Positions 35,144-40,355 of a stretch of DNA of 40,355 nucleotides are shown in pieces (the first letter of the stretch is position 1; the number at the start of each line of letters is the position of its first letter). The stretch comes from a virus: the IMG/VR virus record IMGVR_UViG_3300045988_116736, positions 1 through 40,355 of that record; one strand, 5' to 3'. The position numbers and the translations under genes are program-made. Below the pieces are notes generated by a model. It saw nothing but the letters and a program-made list of their open reading frames with translations, searched no databases and was not told the DNA's origin.

Positions 35144-35551
35144 TTGTTGTTATATGAACATTTACGCGCCATGAAGGACGCGAGTAATATGACGGCGCAG
35201 CAGATAGCGGACAAAAGTAGTGTGCCCGTTGCCACGGTAAACCGCGTGCTTCAGGGCTTGACGGAAAATCCGGGGTTCGATACGGTCTACAAGATAGTAA
35301 AGGCCATGGGCGGGAGCCTGAACGATCTGGACGAGGATAGGGTGTGTGAGCCGGAAGGATTGACGCAGTTATACGAAAGAGGGTTAGAATACAGGGAGCG
35401 GAAGATAAAGAAGCTGGAACGCACGATAATGATAATAGCGGTATTTACTTTTATTGTTATGGCGGCGGTCATAGGAATGCTGGTATATGATATGACGCAT
35501 CCTAGCATTGGATGGATACAGACCGCGAGTAATGCGGTGGCAATGATATAG
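35144..35551 (+). CDS. membrane-tethered XRE-HTH protein
   Basis: 135 aa with a TTG start after GAAGGTGA; an ATG 9 codons downstream is the alternative. It has the HTH MTAQQIADKSSVPVATVNRVLQG and a C-terminal TM IMIIAVFTFIVMAAVIGMLVY. Confidence 0.6.
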   Translation: MLLYEHLRAMKDASNMTAQQIADKSSVPVATVNRVLQGLTENPGFDTVYKIVKAMGGSLNDLDEDRVCEPEGLTQLYERGLEYRERKIKKLERTIMIIAVFTFIVMAAVIGMLVYDMTHPSIGWIQTASNAVAMI

Positions 35552-35562
35552 GGAGGGGAACA

Positions 35563-36123
35563 ATGAGTAAGTGTGCACACTGCGGGACGGAGGATCGTCT
35601 TGTATACGAGGGGCTATGCCCAGATTGTACCAAGAAGTTAGACGGACTGTTCGAGTATTATGACTATATTGTGGTAGTAATGGGTTTTGCGTATGTGGCC
35701 TTCAAGGTTTTGTTGTTTAGATCTTTTGATGGTCCGATGAGTTTTCCGAATGCCCTGTTAGAGGTTGCCGGGATTGTCTTCGCTACGTTTATACTATACA
35801 TTATCGCGGCAATAGTAACAAAATTTACTTGTGTTAAAAGTAAGCGCTATCGTATAATTTGGGCCGTAAGCTTATGGGTTTTCTTAGCCTTCTTAACTTG
35901 GGGGCTGAGTAACGAAACGCAACCAGCGGTGACGCGCGATGACTATAATCAATTACAAGACGATTATGAGTCTCTTTATCATGATAACACCGACGTTTCG
36001 AACCGATATGACGATTTGATATATGATCTGCAATGCCTTTCCGATAGTATACGCAATGAAGATTACTATGGATACGATGAGATAGCTGATGAGCTCGACG
36101 AAATAGTATATATCCATGAATAA
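35563..36123 (+). CDS. zinc-ribbon polytopic membrane protein with acidic tail
   Basis: 186 aa. It has an N-terminal CAHCG...CPDC, three hydrophobic helices and a C-terminal Asp/Tyr-rich segment. Confidence 0.6.
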   Translation: MSKCAHCGTEDRLVYEGLCPDCTKKLDGLFEYYDYIVVVMGFAYVAFKVLLFRSFDGPMSFPNALLEVAGIVFATFILYIIAAIVTKFTCVKSKRYRIIWAVSLWVFLAFLTWGLSNETQPAVTRDDYNQLQDDYESLYHDNTDVSNRYDDLIYDLQCLSDSIRNEDYYGYDEIADELDEIVYIHE

Positions 36124-36246
36124 ATAAAGGAGCCTCGGTGCGGGAACACCAACGGCTCCGGGTGCAAAATAAGTCCTGACACGGGCTACTTTTTGCATCC
36201 TCTATTTTAACATAAATGACCAGAGAGTTAAAGGAGGATTTTGGAA

Positions 36247-37380
36247 ATGGCAAGGAAATTGAGAGAAAACGAAGCAACATTCTACTCGAACCGGGGCAAG
36301 GCCGGGCAGTGGATAATAAAGGTGCAGAGGGACGGCACCCAGAAACAGTTTACGTCATGCAAGCCCGGCAGGAAGGGCAAGCTGGAAGCCGAACGCAAGG
36401 CGGATGAGTGGTTGGAAAAGGGACTGACCGGCAAAGACCCGAGAGTTGCCGCCGCCTATGCCGAGTTTGTGGAAAGCAAGCGCAAAGAGGGCAAGTCCAG
36501 CGAGTGGCCTGTGAAGTTAGAAAGTCTGGGCCGCAATCATATCTTGCCATATTTAGAGCACAAGAAGGTGTCTGCCATAGTACAGCTGGACTGGAAGGGG
36601 GTTATCGATCACGCCGCCGCAGCTAAATATAACGGCAAACCATTGTCCCGGAAAACGTTGGAGAATATTCGCTCTGCAATAACTGGTTTTGTTGCATACT
36701 GTGACGATGCAGGATACCCAATTCGCGAGATCAAAACTCTTGAAATACCAGAGGACGCGCCTGTAGGCAAGCGGCAGATCATGAACCGAAACGACATACG
36801 CACACTATTTACGGTGGACACGACTGAGCGATACGGGCGACCTCTAAAGTGCTGGTATATAAACGCCTGGCGTTTGGCCTGCGTGATGGGATTTCGCCGC
36901 GGGGAAGTAGCGGGGTTTCAGCGCTCCGATTACGACGGTGAGCGATTGACCGTGCGGCGCTCAATCAACAGTAGGCAGGAGGTCACAAGCGGCAAAAATG
37001 GGACAGCTCACCGCTCCCCGGTGCTGCCACCAATTGCCAAACAAATAATCCGCGATCAGTTGGATATGCTAAAGGCTGCCGGCGTAGTTTCTCCGTGGCT
37101 ATTTCCGAAGGCCGACGGCACACAGAGCGTCCCTAATGACATATACCGCCGCTGGCTCACATATCGCAAGCAGCACGGCTTAACCGCCGTCACAATCCAT
37201 GAGATGCGACATACCAATATCAGCTATTTGCAGGACGAAGTACCGGAGCAGGCCCTTAAACACATGGTAGGTCACACCAAAACGATGGATACATTTGGCC
37301 AATACGGTCATGAGGTAGACGGGGAGGCAGCACGCACGGCTCAGGCGGTCGAGGACGTATTTAGAGACCTGATAAAATAA
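36247..37380 (+). CDS. int: tyrosine recombinase (integrase)
   Basis: The ATG at 36247 lies 9 nt after GGAGG. The catalytic pattern comprises GFRRGEV (Arg), HEMRHT (His-x-x-Arg) and GHTKTMDTFGQYGH (His and Tyr). Confidence 0.9.
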   Translation: MARKLRENEATFYSNRGKAGQWIIKVQRDGTQKQFTSCKPGRKGKLEAERKADEWLEKGLTGKDPRVAAAYAEFVESKRKEGKSSEWPVKLESLGRNHILPYLEHKKVSAIVQLDWKGVIDHAAAAKYNGKPLSRKTLENIRSAITGFVAYCDDAGYPIREIKTLEIPEDAPVGKRQIMNRNDIRTLFTVDTTERYGRPLKCWYINAWRLACVMGFRRGEVAGFQRSDYDGERLTVRRSINSRQEVTSGKNGTAHRSPVLPPIAKQIIRDQLDMLKAAGVVSPWLFPKADGTQSVPNDIYRRWLTYRKQHGLTAVTIHEMRHTNISYLQDEVPEQALKHMVGHTKTMDTFGQYGHEVDGEAARTAQAVEDVFRDLIK

Positions 37381-37382
37381 AA

Positions 37383-37402
37383 AGTTGCAAAACGAGTTGC
37401 AA
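37383..37402 (+). repeat. two direct AGTTGCAA repeats (candidate integrase arm sites)
   Basis: AAGTTGCAA lies at 37382-37390 and AGTTGCAA at 37395-37402. Confidence 0.5.
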
Positions 37403-37412
37403 CGAAAAAAGC

Positions 37413-37447
37413 AAACGCCCGAATCATTAGAGATTCAGGCGTTTTTA
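37413..37447 (+). terminator. rho-independent terminator after int
   Basis: A 13-bp stem pairs AAACGCCCGAATC with GATTCAGGCGTTT (one mismatch). The loop is ATTAGA and TT(A) follows. Confidence 0.7.
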
Positions 37448-37449
37448 AA

Positions 37450-37477
37450 TGGTGGAGCATAGGGGATTCGAACCCCT
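37450..37477 (-). other. tRNA/tmRNA 3'-end-like segment (T-arm + acceptor 3' strand + CCA): putative attP core
   Basis: The - strand reads AGGGG-TTCGAAT-CCCCT-ATGCTCC-A-CCA. That is a canonical T stem-loop, a 7-nt acceptor strand with U at position 70 (Ala/tmRNA-like), a discriminator A and CCA. No matching 5' half is present. Confidence 0.6.
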
Positions 37478-37572
37478 GTAGCAGGGTATCTGGCAACCTC
37501 TCCATGCCGTCCGGCGTAGGCATTTAGGCGCTTTTGAGGCCGTATAACAACGCTGTATATGCACCCAGCCGC

Positions 37573-37598
37573 ATTGCAAAGTTGCAAAAAAGTTGCGC
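37573..37598 (+). repeat. three more (A)GTTGCAA-like repeats on the other side of the core
   Basis: The copies are ATTGCAA (37573-37579), GTTGCAA (37581-37587) and GTTGCGC (37592-37598). Confidence 0.5.
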
Positions 37599-37631
37599 AC
37601 AATAAGGAGCCGTATCGACGGCCCATTGCTA

Positions 37632-38105
37632 TTATATCAGTATCCCCAACCTTTCGGCAAGTAGCTCGCGGCGCACCTGCGGGATCGGTTTGATTCCGGC
37701 GCACCACGAATGCACTGCGGCCTTGCTTACCTCACAGGCCTCGGCGGCCTGCTCCAACGTCAGGCCACGGGACTTGAGCTGATCCCGCAAATACTCGCCG
37801 TCGCTGAGCACGGGAGCGCACCGGCCTTGCATATAGGCAAGCTCCCACATGCCTTGCTGGTTGAGCGGCAGCGCGTGCTCGTCCTCGGTTATATCCTCCG
37901 CCCCTTGCAGCGCGTCCCGCATGGCTCTATCGACCTCCGGGGTGAGCTTGCGGTTAATGATCATATACCGCAACCCCTCACCCAGCCCACGGATGGGCCA
38001 CATATTAGCTGTCTGCACCCGGCAGCGCGCCCCGACTATTTCGGGGAGCTGCGCCGCCATTATACCATACGCCCGGCCCAGGGCCTTAACCGTGTTGTCT
38101 GTCAT
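37632..38105 (-). CDS. protein with C-terminal HTH (unknown N-domain)
   Basis: 157 aa with SD GGAGGTGA. The C-terminus LTLEQAAEACEVSKAAVHSWCAGIKPIP is XRE-like. Confidence 0.65.
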   Translation of the reverse strand: MTDNTVKALGRAYGIMAAQLPEIVGARCRVQTANMWPIRGLGEGLRYMIINRKLTPEVDRAMRDALQGAEDITEDEHALPLNQQGMWELAYMQGRCAPVLSDGEYLRDQLKSRGLTLEQAAEACEVSKAAVHSWCAGIKPIPQVRRELLAERLGILI

Positions 38106-38130
38106 GTGCTCACCTCCGTTAATCCTGCGA

Positions 38131-38358
38131 TTATATTAGTCTTGGCCGCATCAAAGCGGTAAATTTTTGCGCGGGTTTGTAACCTCTGTCCTTTACCGAC
38201 TGATAAAGCGCCCGGATTTCCTCGGGTCTGCCAGTCGTAAATGTAACCGCCCCCCGTGGGGTGATGTCCACAAACCGCACAGCGGGGCAAAAACCGAGGT
38301 CATAACAGACCTCATCATATGTCATCTCAATTTTTTCACCGTTTTTCACTACCTGCAT
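38131..38358 (-). CDS. hypothetical small protein (possible excisionase-like HTH)
   Basis: 75 aa with SD GGGAGGA. MTYDEVCYDLGFCPAVRFVDI faintly resembles Xis/MerR-type HTH_17, which is weak evidence. Confidence 0.55.
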   Translation of the reverse strand: MQVVKNGEKIEMTYDEVCYDLGFCPAVRFVDITPRGAVTFTTGRPEEIRALYQSVKDRGYKPAQKFTALMRPRLI

Positions 38359-38394
38359 TTTTATATCCTCCCATGTTGCTATACAATAACCGTT

Positions 38395-38598
38395 TTATCC
38401 TTCTAACCTGATTGCACTGGCGTTATATTGTTGTTTGTACCAATCCGCATAGCGCATAATATTCAGCGCGTCGTCCTTAGTTAGTGGTGATGCAAATTTC
38501 TTGGACGATACAAAATCAAAACAATAATTACCTTGCTTACGATACCATATTTTCATTCCATTATCTACTCCATACGGATTCAGCAAATATACATACAT
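38395..38598 (-). CDS. hypothetical small protein
   Basis: 67 aa starting MYVYLLNPYG, 6 nt after AAGGAGG. The longer track ORF lacks an SD. Confidence 0.55.
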   Translation of the reverse strand: MYVYLLNPYGVDNGMKIWYRKQGNYCFDFVSSKKFASPLTKDDALNIMRYADWYKQQYNASAIRLEG

Positions 38599-38668
38599 AT
38601 TGTACCTCCTTAAAATCATATCTTGTAGTTCCTTCTGCCGCCGGGCTTGTGACCGGCCTGCCGTGCTC

Positions 38669-38908
38669 CTAACACCAGCCCCAGAGGTCAATCCATGCAC
38701 GGGGGCAGAATATTGTATATGTCACACTGTCTGCATCATACGTGCGCCTCCCCACCACTGGCAGCTCATTGTCGTCTATTATTTTGTCCAATTCTGGTAC
38801 CGTAGCACCGTACGTGCCGTATACGCCGCAGCCCTCGCGTGTGATCTCGTTCCTCACAAACTGCATGTTGTACCTCTGTGCGATTTCCATTAATTCAGCC
38901 TTATCCAT
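38669..38908 (-). CDS. hypothetical small protein
   Basis: 79 aa with SD AAAGGAGA. Confidence 0.6.
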   Translation of the reverse strand: MDKAELMEIAQRYNMQFVRNEITREGCGVYGTYGATVPELDKIIDDNELPVVGRRTYDADSVTYTIFCPRAWIDLWGWC

Positions 38909-38970
38909 TTTTATCTCCTTTCTTGCAGGGCGGTTTAGCCGCCGCCCTACGGCGTTATCCTGCGTCTCTG

Positions 38971-39357
38971 TTAGTCGTCCATTGCCCTACGCATCATCTC
39001 GCGGTGCGCATTGTAGGCGGCCTCTGCCGCCATGCTGCGCTCCAGCTTTGCGGCCGCCTCGGCGCGCTCCTCGCCGTATATCTCGGCGGCAATATCGTCA
39101 GGTATTGCCACCAGTATGCGGTTCTTACCTTGGTAAGCGATCAGTATGCAATTAACGCCCCGCTCCGTCCAAAGCTCTTTAAGGTCGGTGGGCTTGCCGT
39201 TGACCGTCATAGTATCGACGCTGTAATCGTAGCGGCTGCAATTAGCCTCAACCTTAAACCCGTCGGCGTCAACCGTCTCGCGGGTGATATGCTCGGTTGT
39301 GATAGTGGCTACAATCTCCGCGCCCTTGGCGGTAGTCCATGCGTAAGTCTTAGTCAT
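38971..39357 (-). CDS. hypothetical protein
   Basis: 128 aa and the first gene after the strong - strand promoter. It has a beta-rich N-terminus and a helical Ala/Glu-rich C-terminus. Confidence 0.6.
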   Translation of the reverse strand: MTKTYAWTTAKGAEIVATITTEHITRETVDADGFKVEANCSRYDYSVDTMTVNGKPTDLKELWTERGVNCILIAYQGKNRILVAIPDDIAAEIYGEERAEAAAKLERSMAAEAAYNAHREMMRRAMDD

Positions 39358-39387
39358 TGCTCTGTGCTCCTCTCTTGTTATGTCTAT

Positions 39388-39416
39388 ATTGTATACCGTA
39401 ACGGTTCGTTTGTCAA
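39388..39416 (-). promoter_or_regulatory. PL-like promoter TTGACA-17-TACAAT with internal palindrome
   Basis: On the - strand the -35 TTGACA lies at 39411-39416 and the -10 TACAAT at 39388-39393. The spacer contains ACCGT-A-ACGGT (39395-39405), which resembles the operator cores at 34342-34411. Confidence 0.7.
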
Positions 39417-39422
39417 CCTATA

Positions 39423-39431
39423 TGGTATAAT
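39423..39431 (+). promoter_or_regulatory. extended -10 element TGGTATAAT facing terS
   Basis: An exact TGnTATAAT. The 10-mer TGGTATAATT is the same as at 33600-33609. It sits back-to-back with the - strand promoter. Confidence 0.5.
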
Positions 39432-39576
39432 TACGTAAAAAATAAGGCAATCGCCTAAAATAATAATGTCGGAATCGTTCCTGCAAACATGAGTCGGTCG
39501 GCATTATAATAGGTAGGCAAACTCCGGGAAATAATCCGATATTTCCCAATTTGCGCAAACCACATCACAAAATCTA

Positions 39577-39585
39577 TGATATAAT
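39577..39585 (+). promoter_or_regulatory. extended -10 element TGATATAAT
   Basis: An exact TGnTATAAT lying 16 nt upstream of the terminator hairpin. Confidence 0.45.
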
Positions 39586-39600
39586 AGCTACCGTGAAAAG

Positions 39601-39631
39601 CCGCAGAGGTACACCCTCCGCGGTATTTTTA
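39601..39631 (+). terminator. intrinsic terminator immediately upstream of terS
   Basis: Stem CCGCAGAGG / CCTCCGCGG (9 bp, one mismatch) with loop TACAC and tail TATTTTTA. The terS SD starts at 39651. Confidence 0.6.
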
Positions 39632-39664
39632 TGCCCAGAATAAGCCATGAAAGGAGGGTGGACA

Positions 39665-40135
39665 ATGAAACGAGCATTTACATGCCCGGCGGAGCTGGAA
39701 AAACTCGTGGATGAGTATTTTTCTATGTGTTCGGCCACAGAGGAGCAGCTACACCTAAAAAACGGTGATGTCAGAATCCGCAGGACATTGCCGTCAATAG
39801 TCGGTCTGGCCGTCCATCTGGGTATAGCCAAATCCACATTATTGCTATACGCTGAGGGTAAATACGATAATGATAACAATACTGCTAATAGTAATAATAA
39901 TGGCAATGGGTGTGAAGACATACAGAACTATTCAACCATCCTCGCCCGCGCGCGCGACCGCATCGAGCTGGAAACCCTGAACGCGGCGTCCAACGGCGAC
40001 ACGGATAGCCGCATAACGCTGGCGAGGTTAGCCAAATTTGGGTATAGTACCAAAATCGAGACCGAGGGCAAAACGGATTTAACCATCAAATGGGTGGGTG
40101 TAAGCACCGACGATATACGGGAGTGGGGTAAGTAA
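39665..40135 (+). CDS. terS: terminase small subunit
   Basis: The ATG at 39665 follows AAAGGAGGGTGGACA. The motifs ELEKLVDEYFSMC, LPSIVGLAVHLGIAKSTLLLYAEG and ILARARDRIE...LARLAKFGY fit the small-terminase HTH plus oligomerisation pattern. Confidence 0.7.
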   Translation: MKRAFTCPAELEKLVDEYFSMCSATEEQLHLKNGDVRIRRTLPSIVGLAVHLGIAKSTLLLYAEGKYDNDNNTANSNNNGNGCEDIQNYSTILARARDRIELETLNAASNGDTDSRITLARLAKFGYSTKIETEGKTDLTIKWVGVSTDDIREWGK

Positions 40136-40280
40136 CCCCACAACCTCACGCCGCAAATGTGCCTGACTGCCTGAGCAAATCGGCATTAGTCCGGATTGTT
40201 GCACCCACTCATGCACCCAGTCCAGCCGTTCCGGGGCCGTGATGCCGAGCCGATGGGCATATACGGAGGGGGAGCGTTTC

Positions 40281-40355
40281 ATTTTTTTTGCGCGGCAAAA
40301 TCCAAAATGGCAACCAAAAACCCGAAGTACTCCCCCCGATGTCGGGTACCCCACC
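40281..40355. repeat. second copy of the 75-bp terminal repeat
   Basis: Identical to bases 1-75. Confidence 0.95.

Noticed and set aside
37450-37545. A complete tRNA gene on the - strand
   Set aside because: Only the T-arm, acceptor 3' strand and CCA are present. Upstream sequence gives no complementary 5' acceptor strand (GGAGCAT or GGGGCAT) and no convincing anticodon or D arms.
40079-40354. 91-aa - strand ORF spanning the terminal repeat, with an internal MKRSPSVYAHRLGITAPERL
   Set aside because: It has no SD at either candidate start and overlaps the terS 3' end antisense. It lies in the region better explained as noncoding packaging or junction DNA.

Overview
The window is a complete temperate tailed-phage genome of about 40.28 kb. 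Bases 1-75 repeat exactly at 40281-40355, so the molecule closes on itself or carries a short terminal repeat. The host looks Gram-positive and Clostridia-like: GGAGG-type Shine-Dalgarno sites, TGnTATAAT extended -10 promoters, an NlpC/P60 + PG-binding endolysin, a TcdE-type holin and a sortase-signal protein. I see four transcription blocks. (1) A + strand late operon starts at terS (39665), crosses the junction, and runs through portal, scaffold, major capsid, terL, adaptor/tail/fibre genes and a lysis cassette. It continues through a second virion-like block ending in a 2042-aa giant protein (stop 22588). (2) A - strand early-right operon runs from a Cro-like gene (34286) to 22602. It holds regulators, an orphan C5-methyltransferase, an exonuclease/RecT/SSB module, a replication organizer, DnaB, RuvC, MazG, a run of Cys-rich small proteins and two terminal regulators. 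(3) A + strand lysogeny block holds a CI-like repressor, two membrane proteins and a tyrosine integrase. An attP-like region follows, containing a tRNA/tmRNA 3'-end mimic flanked by AGTTGCAA repeats. (4) A - strand cassette of five unknown small proteins (39357-37632) is driven by a near-consensus promoter carrying an operator-like palindrome. I found no tail tube, sheath, classical tape-measure set, RT, CRISPR array or complete tRNA gene, so podovirus-like morphology is only an inference. The most unusual items are: a 16x Cys/Glu hexapeptide-repeat (beta-helix-like) early protein on an 18-bp tandem DNA repeat; the cassette beside attP; the giant protein with an embedded GNAT-like domain placed after the lysis genes; an LPXTG-type surface protein translationally coupled to the endolysin; membrane-tethered HTH proteins in the immunity region; and an intrinsic terminator between the late promoters and terS. 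All family names come from motif recognition by eye, and no database search was possible.
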